A stretch of DNA of 64,000 nucleotides from Desulfatiglandales bacterium (GTDB taxonomy: Bacteria; Desulfobacterota; DSM-4660; Desulfatiglandales; HGW-15): the NCBI GenBank assembly GCA_963667015.2, contig CAXXJJ010000001.1, positions 544,001-608,000 on the forward strand, written 5' to 3'. Below, in pieces: positions 29,188 through 38,856 of this stretch (within the stretch, counting starts at the first letter, position 1; each line of letters starts with the position of its first letter). The notes under the pieces are model-generated. The model was given only the letters and a program-made list of their open reading frames with translations, was not told the DNA's origin and made no database searches. The translations under genes were made by a program, and so were the position numbers.

Positions 29188-30591
29188 ATGGAAGCAATAG
29201 ATAAAACCAAACTGTTGAGACATACTTCTCACGAAATAAAAGAGCGAAGCGCGCTTACGGTAAACCCGGCAAAAACATGCCAGCCTATAGGTGCCATGTA
29301 CGCAGCTCTTGGTATCAAGGGCTGCCTGCCCCACAGTCACGGTTCGCAGGGGTGCTGTGCATATCACAGAAGTGCCCTGACACGGCATTACAAGGAACCG
29401 GTTATGGCAGCTACCAGTTCCTTCACAGAAGGTGCTTCGGTATTCGGAGGACAGGCAAATCTCCTTCAGGCAATTGATAATATATTTACTATTTATGACC
29501 CCGATCTGATAGCAGTGCATACAACCTGTCTCTCGGAGACCATAGGTGATGACATTCCGCAGATCGTGGCCAAGGCACAGGCGGACGGTAAGATCCCGAA
29601 GGGGAAACGCGTTATTCACACAAATACCCCAAGCTATGTCGGGTCCCACGTTACCGGATTTTCCAATATGGTTAAATCCATGGTGGATTATTTTTCTGCC
29701 AAAACCGGTGAACAGAAAAACCAGGTCAACATAATCCCGGGATGGGTTGAACCTTCGGACATGGAAGAGATCAAGAGGCTTGCCGGAATGATGGGTATAA
29801 ACACCGTAATGTTCCCTGATACATCCAATATCCTTAATGGTCCTCTCACCGGAAAGTATTCAATGTATCCTGACGGCGGTGTAACCGTTGACGAGCTGAA
29901 GAGCACGGGTGACAGCATCGGAACAATAGCTCTTGGCAAGTGGGGATCAGAGGCCGCTGCCAAGGCCCTGGATACAAAGTGCAAAGTACCATATGAACTG
30001 CTGGATCTTCCCATGGGCCTTCACGCGACAGACCGTTTCATCGAGGCCATGAGGAAAATGACCGGGCTAAATGTACCCGGGTCCATTGACAGGGAAAGAG
30101 GCCAGATGATGGATATTATAACAGATATGCATCAGTACTTTTACAATAAAAGAGTGGGTCTGGCAGGTGATCCGGATCAGCTGATTTCCCTGGCTGAATT
30201 TCTGGTATCAATTGATATGTGGCCGGTATATGCAGTTACAGGAACACCGGGAAAGGCCTTTGAACGGAGAATGAAGGAAATATTAAAAGACTGTCCTTAT
30301 GAAGTAAAGATCAAGGGCGGTGCCAATGCGGATATGTTTCTTTTTCACCAGTGGATCAAGAATGAACCGGTTGATTTGATGATCGGTAATACATACCTGA
30401 AATATATCGCAAGGGATGAAGATATTCCTCTGATCCGTCACGGATTTCCGATCCTGGATCGAGTGGGGCACAGTTACTTCCCGACAGTAGGTTACAGGGG
30501 TGGAATGAGGCTCCTTGAAAAAATACTTGACGTACTCCTTGACAGAAAAGACAGGGATGCTGATGTAAAAACCTTTGAACTTGTGCTTTGA
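29188..30591 (+). CDS. nifK: Nitrogenase MoFe protein beta chain
   Basis: NPAKTCQPIGA, HGSQGCC, TTCLSETIGDD, TPSYVGSH, GFPILDR. Confidence 0.97.
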   Translation: MEAIDKTKLLRHTSHEIKERSALTVNPAKTCQPIGAMYAALGIKGCLPHSHGSQGCCAYHRSALTRHYKEPVMAATSSFTEGASVFGGQANLLQAIDNIFTIYDPDLIAVHTTCLSETIGDDIPQIVAKAQADGKIPKGKRVIHTNTPSYVGSHVTGFSNMVKSMVDYFSAKTGEQKNQVNIIPGWVEPSDMEEIKRLAGMMGINTVMFPDTSNILNGPLTGKYSMYPDGGVTVDELKSTGDSIGTIALGKWGSEAAAKALDTKCKVPYELLDLPMGLHATDRFIEAMRKMTGLNVPGSIDRERGQMMDIITDMHQYFYNKRVGLAGDPDQLISLAEFLVSIDMWPVYAVTGTPGKAFERRMKEILKDCPYEVKIKGGANADMFLFHQWIKNEPVDLMIGNTYLKYIARDEDIPLIRHGFPILDRVGHSYFPTVGYRGGMRLLEKILDVLLDRKDRDADVKTFELVL

Positions 30592-30788
30592 AAAACATGT
30601 ATCTCGCAGAGTCCGCAGAGAAAAACAGAAAACATTATTACTGTTTTAAGATCAAAACAAAAGCTTTTCTCTGTGCCCTCTGTGAGCTCGAATGACCGAA
30701 GGGAACGGGCGATAGATATTCTTTTCAGTTGATGTCTCTATAATAATTCATATGTTTGCCAAGGCGGATAGAGAGTTAAGAAATTAAA

Positions 30789-32150
30789 ATGGAAGCTATA
30801 AGCGTACTGGAACAACGTAAAAAACATATATATGAAAAAGGCAATGAAAACTTTGAGATGAGCTGTGACAAGGTCAGTCTGGCCGGATCTGTCAGTCAGA
30901 GGGCCTGCGTGTTTTGCGGATCCAGGGTTGTGCTCTATCCCATAGCCGATGCCCTTCATCTTATTCATGGACCAATAGGTTGTGCTGCTTATACATGGGA
31001 TATCAGGGGTTCATTGTCCTCCGGCCCAGAGCTTCACCGCCTCAGTTTTTCAACGGATTTGTCTGAGATGGATGTAATCTATGGAGGTGAAAAGAAACTT
31101 GAAAGGGCCCTCAATGAGCTGATTGACAGATATAAACCAAAAGCAGCATTTATTTATTCAACCTGTATTGTCGGAATTATCGGTGATGATGTTGAATCCG
31201 TATGTAAAAAGGTTTCAAAAGAAAAGGGAATTCCCGTACTGCCGGTACATTCCGAAGGTTTTAAGGGCACAAAAAAAGATGGATACAAGGCAGCCTGCCA
31301 TGCACTTTTCAAGCTGATAGGCAGGGAACCCACCGAAGGAATAAGCAAACACAGTATCAATATACTTGGTGAATTCAATATAGGCGGAGAGGCATGGACC
31401 ATTAAAGACTATTACAAACGGATGGGTGTAGAGGTTGTGTCTGTTATGACCGGTGACGGCCGTGTTGAAGATATCGGCAGGTCCCACGGGGCTTCCCTCA
31501 ATGTTGTTCAGTGCTCAGGGTCTATGACGCACCTGGCCAAACTGATGGAAGAAGAATACGGCATTCCCTATATCAGGGTGTCTTATTTCGGTATAGAAGA
31601 CATGTCGGCCGCGCTTTATGATGTTGCATCGTTTTTTAACGATAAACCGGAAATAATGAAAAAAACCCGTGAACTTGTACGTGAAGAGATAGGAGCAATA
31701 TACCCCGAACTCCAGAGAATGAAAAAAGATCTGCAAGGGAAAAAGGCAGCCCTTTATGTGGGCGGAACTTTTAAGGCATTTTCCCTAATAAAGGCACTTA
31801 GACATCTCGGTATGGATGTTGTGCTTGCAGGATCACAGACGGGCGGTCCTGAAGATTATGAAATTTTAAGGGAAATGTGTGATGAGGGAACGGTCATACT
31901 TGATGATGCGAATCCCCTTGAACTGTCAAAATACATAATTGAAAAAGGGGCCGATTTCTTTATAGGAGGAGTCAAGGAACGTCCAATAGCCTTTAAACTG
32001 GGCCTGGGATTTTGCGATCATAATCATGAAAGAAAAATATCTCTTGCGGGATACAGCGGAATGCTCAATTTCGCAAAGGAAGTGTATGGATCGGTTATGA
32101 GCCCGGTCTGGAAATTCACTCCCCGGAAGGAAATTAGAAATGAAAAATAA
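30789..32150 (+). CDS. nifE: FeMo-cofactor scaffold NifE
   Basis: AGSVSQRACVFCG, HGPIGCA, STCIVGIIGDD, VVQCSGS, DHNHER. Confidence 0.95.
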   Translation: MEAISVLEQRKKHIYEKGNENFEMSCDKVSLAGSVSQRACVFCGSRVVLYPIADALHLIHGPIGCAAYTWDIRGSLSSGPELHRLSFSTDLSEMDVIYGGEKKLERALNELIDRYKPKAAFIYSTCIVGIIGDDVESVCKKVSKEKGIPVLPVHSEGFKGTKKDGYKAACHALFKLIGREPTEGISKHSINILGEFNIGGEAWTIKDYYKRMGVEVVSVMTGDGRVEDIGRSHGASLNVVQCSGSMTHLAKLMEEEYGIPYIRVSYFGIEDMSAALYDVASFFNDKPEIMKKTRELVREEIGAIYPELQRMKKDLQGKKAALYVGGTFKAFSLIKALRHLGMDVVLAGSQTGGPEDYEILREMCDEGTVILDDANPLELSKYIIEKGADFFIGGVKERPIAFKLGLGFCDHNHERKISLAGYSGMLNFAKEVYGSVMSPVWKFTPRKEIRNEK

Positions 32151-33534
32151 AAGTGTAAATTTTACAGCAACACGTAACGCATGCAAACTATGCACCCCCC
32201 TGGGGGCCGCACTGGCATTTGAAGGTATCGAAAACAGTGTTCCTCTCCTACATGGCTCCCAGGGGTGCTCCACATATATAAGAAGATATATGATCAGCCA
32301 TTTCAAGGAGCCGATCGATATTGCCTCAACAAATTTTTCCGAAGAGACTGCTGTTTTCGGCGGCGGGCAGAATCTCAAGGTTGCACTGGACAACATTATA
32401 GCCCAGTATCATCCGGAAATGATAGGTGTCGCAACAACATGCCTGAGCGAGACAATAGGCGATGATGTCCCAATGTTTTTAAGGGAGTATAAAAATAATA
32501 ATAAAGATAAAGATCTTCCGGGAATAGTACATGTTTCAACCCCGAGCTATAAGGGCACTCATGCAGACGGGTTTCATAACGCAATAAGGTCAACGGTCGA
32601 TACCCTTCTGCCTGAGGCACTGGAGAGCGCGGGGTGTCTTGAAAGCAGTGAAGTTCCGGCAGAAAAGACTGTGAATATTTTTCCGGGCATGGTTTCACCT
32701 GAAGACCTCAGGCACATAAAGGACATGATATACGCATTTGGACTCAAAAGCATAATGCTTTCGGATTATTCCGAAAGACTTGACGGGACCCTCTGGTCAG
32801 AGTTTGAGAGAATTCCTGCCGGCGGCACAAAGCTGGCTGATATTAAAAGAATGCCATACTCAGAAGGCTCGATTGAGTTCGGGAAGATCCTGGGCCGCCA
32901 GGAAAGCGCCGGAAAACTCTTGAGGGAAAGGTTTGGCGTATCCCTTTACAGCTCAGGGTTGCCAATAGGGGTAGAGGAAAGTGACAGATTTTTTGCCGCA
33001 CTTGAAGAGATAAGCGGTATTGAGACCCCTGATTTCATTAAAAAGGAAAGAGGCAGACTGATTGACTCATATGTTGACGGTCATAAATATGTGGCCAGGG
33101 CCAAAGCGGTTGTATACGGAGAAGAGGATCTTGTTGCGGGTATTGTTTCATTTTTATCGGAAATAGGGGTTATACCGGTAATATGCGCCTCCGGAGGAAA
33201 AAGCGGTCAACTGGAATCGGTCCTTAAAGATGTAAATCCGGACCTGGATCCATCGGAAACAATAATTATGCCCGAGGCTGATTTTATAGACATAGAAGAG
33301 ATGGCAAGAAAGGTTTCACCTGATATTATTATCGGGCACAGCAAGGGGTACAGTGTCGCAAGGAAACTGGGCATCCCCATAGTAAGAATAGGTTTTCCCA
33401 TACATGACAGATTTGGAGGAGCCAGAATACAACACCTTGGATACAGGGGCACCCAGCAGCTGTTTGACAGAATAGTAAACAGTATTATGGAAAAAAGACA
33501 GGAATCATCCGGTGTAGGATATTCGTATATTTAG
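32140..33534 (+). CDS. nifN: FeMo-cofactor scaffold NifN
   Basis: NACKLCTPLGA, HGSQGCSTY, TTCLSETIGDD, GFPIHDR; overlaps nifE. Confidence 0.93.
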   Translation: MKNKSVNFTATRNACKLCTPLGAALAFEGIENSVPLLHGSQGCSTYIRRYMISHFKEPIDIASTNFSEETAVFGGGQNLKVALDNIIAQYHPEMIGVATTCLSETIGDDVPMFLREYKNNNKDKDLPGIVHVSTPSYKGTHADGFHNAIRSTVDTLLPEALESAGCLESSEVPAEKTVNIFPGMVSPEDLRHIKDMIYAFGLKSIMLSDYSERLDGTLWSEFERIPAGGTKLADIKRMPYSEGSIEFGKILGRQESAGKLLRERFGVSLYSSGLPIGVEESDRFFAALEEISGIETPDFIKKERGRLIDSYVDGHKYVARAKAVVYGEEDLVAGIVSFLSEIGVIPVICASGGKSGQLESVLKDVNPDLDPSETIIMPEADFIDIEEMARKVSPDIIIGHSKGYSVARKLGIPIVRIGFPIHDRFGGARIQHLGYRGTQQLFDRIVNSIMEKRQESSGVGYSYI

Positions 33535-33544
33535 GAGATTAACC

Positions 33545-34822
33545 ATGAATCTTGAAAATCATCCATGCTTTAATGAAGGGGCATGTAAATCATTCGGCAG
33601 AATACATTTACCTGTTGCACCAAGATGCAATATTCAATGCAATTTTTGTAACAGAAAGTTTGACTGTGTTAACGAAAGCCGACCTGGAGTGACAAGCGGA
33701 GTGCTTTCCCCTGATCAAGCCATACGGTATCTTGATGATGTCATGAGTACAAGAAAGGATATCAGTGTTGTGGGCATTGCAGGCCCCGGGGACCCTTTTG
33801 CAAATCCTTTTGAAACAATAAGGACTCTTGAACTTGTAAGGGAAAAATATCCTGATATGATCCTCTGTCTTGCTTCAAACGGTTTAAATGTGCTTCCCTA
33901 TGTAAAAGATATTGTCAGGCTCAATGTCAGCCATGTGAGTATAACTGTTAATGCCGTTGATCCGGAAGTGGGCGCAAAGATCTATGCCTGGGTCCGGGAT
34001 GGAAAGCGTTCAATAGGGCCGCAGGAAGGTGCGAAACTTATGCTTGAAAAACAGCTTGCTGCAATAAAGTGCCTCAGAGAAAACAATGTCCTTGTCAAGG
34101 TGAACTGTGTTGTTGTTCCTGGTATCAATTCTCATCATGTTGTTGAAGTTGCAAAAAAAATGGGAGAGCTGGGTGTTGAGATCTTTAACTGTATGCCATA
34201 TTACCCGAATCCGGGCTCCAATTTTGAGCATATCGGGGAACCGGAAAAGGATGAGATTAATGCCATGCGTAAAGAGAGTGAAAAATATGTAAAACAGATG
34301 CGTCATTGTAGGCGATGCAGGTCAGATGCCGTTGGGCTTCTTGGAGAAATAGAGACTCCGGAAGCCATGGAAAAGCTGAGAAGTTATGAAAAAGGGTTAA
34401 CCCTTGTTTCAAAAATAGAAAAGCCCGCACCTGAAAGGCCCTTTGTGGCCGTAGCAAGCATGGAAGGCATGCTGGTTAATCTTCACCTTGGTGAAGCAAC
34501 ACAGCTCTTTATTTATAACATGCGGGGCATAGATGTTGTACTTGAAGATGTGCGGGAAGTCCCGGAGCCGGGCGGCGGTATTAAACGATGGGAAGAGCTC
34601 TCCGAGGTAATAAACGACTGCGGAAGCCTGCTGGTGAGCAGCGCGGGAAATACCCCAAAGACTGTCCTTGGCAGAAACGGCATAACTGTTTATGAAGTGG
34701 AAGGCGTAATTGAAGAGGCTGTGTACAGGGTATTTGAAGGCAAGAGTCTGAATCATATGATTAAACGCAAACCAAAGAAATGCGGGTCCGAATGCGAAGG
34801 AACCGGAATGGGATGCCTTTAA
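33545..34822 (+). CDS. nifB: Radical SAM FeMo-cofactor biosynthesis protein NifB with a C-terminal NifX-like domain
   Basis: HPCF, CNIQCNFC, ESRPG, AGPGDP, HCRRCRSDA, VNLHLGEA. Confidence 0.96.
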   Translation: MNLENHPCFNEGACKSFGRIHLPVAPRCNIQCNFCNRKFDCVNESRPGVTSGVLSPDQAIRYLDDVMSTRKDISVVGIAGPGDPFANPFETIRTLELVREKYPDMILCLASNGLNVLPYVKDIVRLNVSHVSITVNAVDPEVGAKIYAWVRDGKRSIGPQEGAKLMLEKQLAAIKCLRENNVLVKVNCVVVPGINSHHVVEVAKKMGELGVEIFNCMPYYPNPGSNFEHIGEPEKDEINAMRKESEKYVKQMRHCRRCRSDAVGLLGEIETPEAMEKLRSYEKGLTLVSKIEKPAPERPFVAVASMEGMLVNLHLGEATQLFIYNMRGIDVVLEDVREVPEPGGGIKRWEELSEVINDCGSLLVSSAGNTPKTVLGRNGITVYEVEGVIEEAVYRVFEGKSLNHMIKRKPKKCGSECEGTGMGCL

Positions 34823-34840
34823 AAGAAAGGAGAAATACTA

Positions 34841-35146
34841 ATGGAAAAACCAAGATATCATATTTTTTTGTGTGCAAGTTTCAGGGCAGGTGGTGATGCA
34901 AAGGGCGTGTGTAATAAAAAAGGTGCCCTTGAATTTCTTCCCTATATAGAAAATGAAATACTGGACAGGGATTTGAATGCCCAGATTACATCAACGGGCT
35001 GTATGAAGGGATGTGACCACGGGCCGGTAATGGTTATCTATCCGGATAACTTCTGGTACGGGGAAGTAGACAGTGAAGATAAGATAGATGAAATACTTGA
35101 TGCGCTTGAAGAAGGTGAATCTGTAGAAGAATATTTAATCGCATAG
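34841..35146 (+). CDS. Thioredoxin-like [2Fe-2S] ferredoxin
   Basis: HIFLC...GVC...TGCMKGCDHGPVMVIYP..WY. Confidence 0.88.
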   Translation: MEKPRYHIFLCASFRAGGDAKGVCNKKGALEFLPYIENEILDRDLNAQITSTGCMKGCDHGPVMVIYPDNFWYGEVDSEDKIDEILDALEEGESVEEYLIA

Positions 35147-35155
35147 AGGTAAAAA

Positions 35156-35476
35156 ATGGAATCAAAAAGAATAGCAGTTGTTTCAACAGACAGTGTAAAT
35201 GTAAATGATCATTTTGGAATGGCAGAGGCCTTTCTTATTTATGACTATACTGAAGAACTCAAGTTTGTTGAAAAGAGAACCTCTGAAAAACTTTCGGTTG
35301 GCGACCCTAATCATCCCTTTGATGCCGATAAATTCAACAGGGTGTATGAGACAATAAAAGACTGTTCAAATGTATATGTCACTAAAATCGGGGAAGGTCC
35401 GGCCAGAAAACTTAAAGAACTGGGAATAGAACCGGTTATTTATGAGGGCGCAATAAGCGGGATAGTAAAATCGTAA
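35156..35476 (+). CDS. NifB/NifX-family FeMo-cofactor-binding protein
   Basis: RIAVVSTD..NVNDHFGMAEAFLIY...DC......KIGEGP..KL...GIEP. Confidence 0.8.
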   Translation: MESKRIAVVSTDSVNVNDHFGMAEAFLIYDYTEELKFVEKRTSEKLSVGDPNHPFDADKFNRVYETIKDCSNVYVTKIGEGPARKLKELGIEPVIYEGAISGIVKS

Positions 35477-35488
35477 TTCAATAGATCG

Positions 35489-36598
35489 GTGGGGTATAAG
35501 AGCTCCACCGGGATAGATTTAATCATGGGAACTTCACAACCTGACAATATATGGATAATCGATACAACCCTGCGGGACGGCGAACAGTCTCCCGGTGTGT
35601 ACTTTAAAGCCGAAGCAAGAGTTGAATTAGCTAAAATGCTGGCAGGTGCAGGCGTCAATGAACTTGAGGCAGGCATACCGGCAATGGGGGAGCGTGCAAG
35701 AAAAAACCTGAGAAATATTATCAACCTTGGGTTAGACTGCCGGATTACCGGGTGGTGCAGGGCAGATAAAAAGGATATTGAGCTGGCTGAACAGTGCGGG
35801 CTCAACAGTGTTCATATCAGCTTTCCGGTTTCCGAAAGACAGCTAAATTCTTTTGGCAAGGATGAGGCATGGGTATTAAAATCTATTGAAGAGATCATGC
35901 CTCTGGCATGTGATAAATTTGAATATGTATCTGTAGGAGCCCAGGATGCAACAAGGTGTGATGAAGATTTCCTGATTGAATTTACACAAAAAGTATATGA
36001 CTTTGGTGCCTATCGTATGAGACTTGCTGACACGGTTGGAGTTTCAACGCCGTCTTATATTTATCGACTGGTCAAAAAGATACATAACTCATGTGATATC
36101 GAAATAGAATTTCACGGTCATAACGACCTTGGCATGGCCACGGCCAATGCCTTTTCGGCTGTTGAAGCAGGGGCCTCTGCGGTAAGCGTCACAGTAAACG
36201 GCCTTGGTGAAAGAAGCGGAAATGCAACTCTTGAGCAGGTTGCAGTGGCAATGAATCTATCAGGAAAATTCAATACCACAATAGATACAGCGCATCTGAT
36301 GAACCTGTGTACCTGTGTGGCAGAGGCTTCGAGCAGGCCGATTCCGTCGGATAAACCCATTACAGGGTCAGGGGCCTTTCTGCATGAATCGGGAATTCAC
36401 TGTGCAGGGCTTTTAAAGGACCCCCTGTCCTATCAGCCCTTTCTTCCGGAAACCGTAGGCAGGAAAGGTTTCAGGTTTACACTCGGAAGACAGTCGGGAT
36501 CACATTCCATAATGCATATGCTCGGAAAGGCAGGGATAGAAATATCCAGGGATGAAGCCTTAAGACTCAAAGAAATATTATGCAGTGGTGAGATGTAA
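35489..36598 (+). CDS. nifV: Homocitrate synthase (start GTG 35489 or ATG 35525)
   Basis: IDTTLRDGEQ, LADTVG, FHGHNDLGMATAN, GLGERSGN, HESGIH; last gene of the nif cluster. Confidence 0.88.
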   Translation: MGYKSSTGIDLIMGTSQPDNIWIIDTTLRDGEQSPGVYFKAEARVELAKMLAGAGVNELEAGIPAMGERARKNLRNIINLGLDCRITGWCRADKKDIELAEQCGLNSVHISFPVSERQLNSFGKDEAWVLKSIEEIMPLACDKFEYVSVGAQDATRCDEDFLIEFTQKVYDFGAYRMRLADTVGVSTPSYIYRLVKKIHNSCDIEIEFHGHNDLGMATANAFSAVEAGASAVSVTVNGLGERSGNATLEQVAVAMNLSGKFNTTIDTAHLMNLCTCVAEASSRPIPSDKPITGSGAFLHESGIHCAGLLKDPLSYQPFLPETVGRKGFRFTLGRQSGSHSIMHMLGKAGIEISRDEALRLKEILCSGEM

Positions 36599-36743
36599 TT
36601 GGAATGCAGGGATTGTCTGTCATAGTGTTTATGCGGCACCCGATAATTAATAGTTGGTAAACCCTGAGTGAATGTTAACCCCGGGGATAAAGGCATTTTC
36701 CTCACACAACTTACACAAAACTCAATGTAAAATAGCTTAATTC

Positions 36744-36787
36744 AATGGCAGCAATTGCAACTATTATTAGTTGCAATTGCTGCCATT
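36744..36787. promoter_or_regulatory. Perfect 20-bp inverted repeat upstream of hicAB (possible operator or hairpin)
   Basis: AATGGCAGCAATTGCAACTA-ttat-TAGTTGCAATTGCTGCCATT. Confidence 0.55.
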
Positions 36788-36821
36788 ATATTTTATATTA
36801 CTCTTCACAGCAGGAGGATAG

Positions 36822-37076
36822 ATGGGGCGAAATCAAAAATTGCTGGCAAAGTTAAAGAAACGTCCAAAGGATTTTACATGGGGAGAATTGACAGTCCTGT
36901 TGAAAAGCCTGGGATATAATGAAAAGAGGAGCGGAAAAACAGGAGGCTCCAGAAGAAGGTTTATCCATGCCACTGCTCCGACAATCACATTACATAAACC
37001 CCATCCTGGAAGCATTGTAAAAAGATACGTGATAAATGATATTTTAGAATTCCTTGAGAGAGAGGGAATAATATGA
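36822..37076 (+). CDS. hicA: HicA-family toxin
   Basis: PKDFTWGEL..LL..LGY, GKTGGSRRRF, LHKPHP. Confidence 0.88.
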   Translation: MGRNQKLLAKLKKRPKDFTWGELTVLLKSLGYNEKRSGKTGGSRRRFIHATAPTITLHKPHPGSIVKRYVINDILEFLEREGII

Positions 37077-37420
37077 AAGATATGATGAGATATAAGGAAT
37101 ACTACGGGTCAGTTCATTATAGCGATGATGATCAGGTATTCCATGGTAAAATTGAATTTATTCGAAATCTTGTGACCTATGAAGGCACAGATGTAAAAAA
37201 TTTGAGGGCAGCCTTTGAGGAAGCTGTTGATGATTATCTTGAGTTATGCAAAGAAGAGGGCAAAGAGCCAGAGACATCTTTGAAAGGCAGTTTTAATATT
37301 CGAACAGGTCCTGATTTGCACCGAAAAGCCATGCTTCTTGCTAAATCAAAAGGAACTAATCTGAATACAGTTGTTACAGAAGCATTGGAAAAATATATAT
37401 CAAGCCAGGAAAATTATTAA
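37073..37420 (+). CDS. hicB: HicB-family antitoxin
   Basis: YKEYYGSV, FEEAVDDYLE.C, KGSFNIR..PDLH...A......LN (RHH); ATGA overlap with hicA. Confidence 0.9.
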   Translation: MKDMMRYKEYYGSVHYSDDDQVFHGKIEFIRNLVTYEGTDVKNLRAAFEEAVDDYLELCKEEGKEPETSLKGSFNIRTGPDLHRKAMLLAKSKGTNLNTVVTEALEKYISSQENY

Positions 37421-37489
37421 TAGTTATTTATTAAATCTCAAAAGGTTAAAAAATGCAGGAACTGAAAAATCCTTCGCCCTTTAAGGTTA

Positions 37490-38848
37490 CTAAAACCTCA
37501 ATGTAAAAACAGTTCCCTCATCTACTTTTGATTTCACCTTAATGGTGCCCTTATGCATCCTTACAATCCGTCTTGAAAGGCTCAGACCTATCCCTGAGCC
37601 CTTTTCCTTTGTTGTAAAGAATGGAATAAATATCTTATCAAGGGCCTCCTCTACAATACCCATTCCATTATCCTCAACCGTGATCAGGATTGTACCTTCG
37701 GCCCCAAGAAATGCCCTGAGGGTAATGGCCGGGTCTTTTTTTCCTGTTACCGCATAAATGGCATTGAGAAGCAGGTTGATCATAACCTGCTCCATGAGAT
37801 CGGGATCAGCCGATAATTCAAGGGATTCCGGTTCAACCGACCAGTTGAATGTTATTCCATTATTATAAAGCTTATCACCCATGAGCCTTTCGAGATTTTG
37901 AAAAAAGTCTGATAAAGACAGGATTTTTAATTTCGGATCAGGGATAAGTGTCATGTTCCTGTAGTTGCCTACAAAGTTCATGAGCCCCTGACTTCTCTGG
38001 TAGATTGTCTGCAGCGCACCGGTAATGTCATCCATTTCGTCCGGAGTGATACTAATATCGTCTCCTGTTTCTTCATTTTCCTTAGGCTCAAATATGTCCA
38101 GAAGGGAAGATGACATGGAAGATATGGGTGTGATAGAGTTCATGATCTCATGCGTAAGAACTCTTATGAGGTTCTGCCATGCCTCCATCTCCTTGGCCTC
38201 AAGTTCCTCCTGGATGTTTTGTATGGATATGAGGATATTTTTATCTTCCTTTAAAACAAAAGGATGGCTGTAGATTGAAAGGTATCCGGTTTCATTATCC
38301 ATCTGAAGGTTAACGAGTTTTTTTTCATTGTGCTTAAGATTTAACAGGATATCAGCAAGCTTTGGATACTTTGACTGCAGATCCTGTATGTTTTTTAAAA
38401 GACTCAGTTTAAAGATCTTTTTGGCGGCGTTGTTAACAAGTTCCACAGTGCCGTCCGCTTTGTAGACGATAATGCCGGTCCCGATATGCTGCAGTATGGT
38501 TTTAAGGTATCTGGAGTGCACCTCGCTTTGGGAACGTGTTTCCCGGAGTTTGCGCATTACCTCGCCAAAGGCCTTTTTGAGTTCGCTGAAGGAGGAGCCA
38601 AGCCCCTCGCTGGTAAAGGCCTGGGAGGTATCATCGTACTTAATGGAGAGAAGAAATCTGCTCAAATCCCTGTTTGTTTTCTCTGCAAAGTGAATAAGTG
38701 AAAAGACCTGTGCAATCGCCAAAAGACCTACAGTGATTGTTACGAATATAAAATTCATTTTAAAGACAAGATAAGCAAACAATAGAATTGTAGCTGTAAG
38801 GAGCAGTATCCGAAAAATGATTTTGGACCTGAAAGATTTTGTGAGCAT
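37490..38848 (-). CDS. Sensor histidine kinase (2 TM, PAS-like, HisKA, HATPase)
   Basis: LTHEIMNSITPI, NLLLNA, EDNGMGI, FIPFFTTKEKGSGIGLS. Confidence 0.92.
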   Translation of the reverse strand: MLTKSFRSKIIFRILLLTATILLFAYLVFKMNFIFVTITVGLLAIAQVFSLIHFAEKTNRDLSRFLLSIKYDDTSQAFTSEGLGSSFSELKKAFGEVMRKLRETRSQSEVHSRYLKTILQHIGTGIIVYKADGTVELVNNAAKKIFKLSLLKNIQDLQSKYPKLADILLNLKHNEKKLVNLQMDNETGYLSIYSHPFVLKEDKNILISIQNIQEELEAKEMEAWQNLIRVLTHEIMNSITPISSMSSSLLDIFEPKENEETGDDISITPDEMDDITGALQTIYQRSQGLMNFVGNYRNMTLIPDPKLKILSLSDFFQNLERLMGDKLYNNGITFNWSVEPESLELSADPDLMEQVMINLLLNAIYAVTGKKDPAITLRAFLGAEGTILITVEDNGMGIVEEALDKIFIPFFTTKEKGSGIGLSLSRRIVRMHKGTIKVKSKVDEGTVFTLRF

Positions 38849-38856
38849 ATCACCAC

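Noticed and set aside
27496..30591. Alternative (V or Fe-only) nitrogenase
   Set aside because: There is no vnfG/anfG between D and K, and nifE/nifN plus the group II NifD insertion indicate the Mo enzyme.
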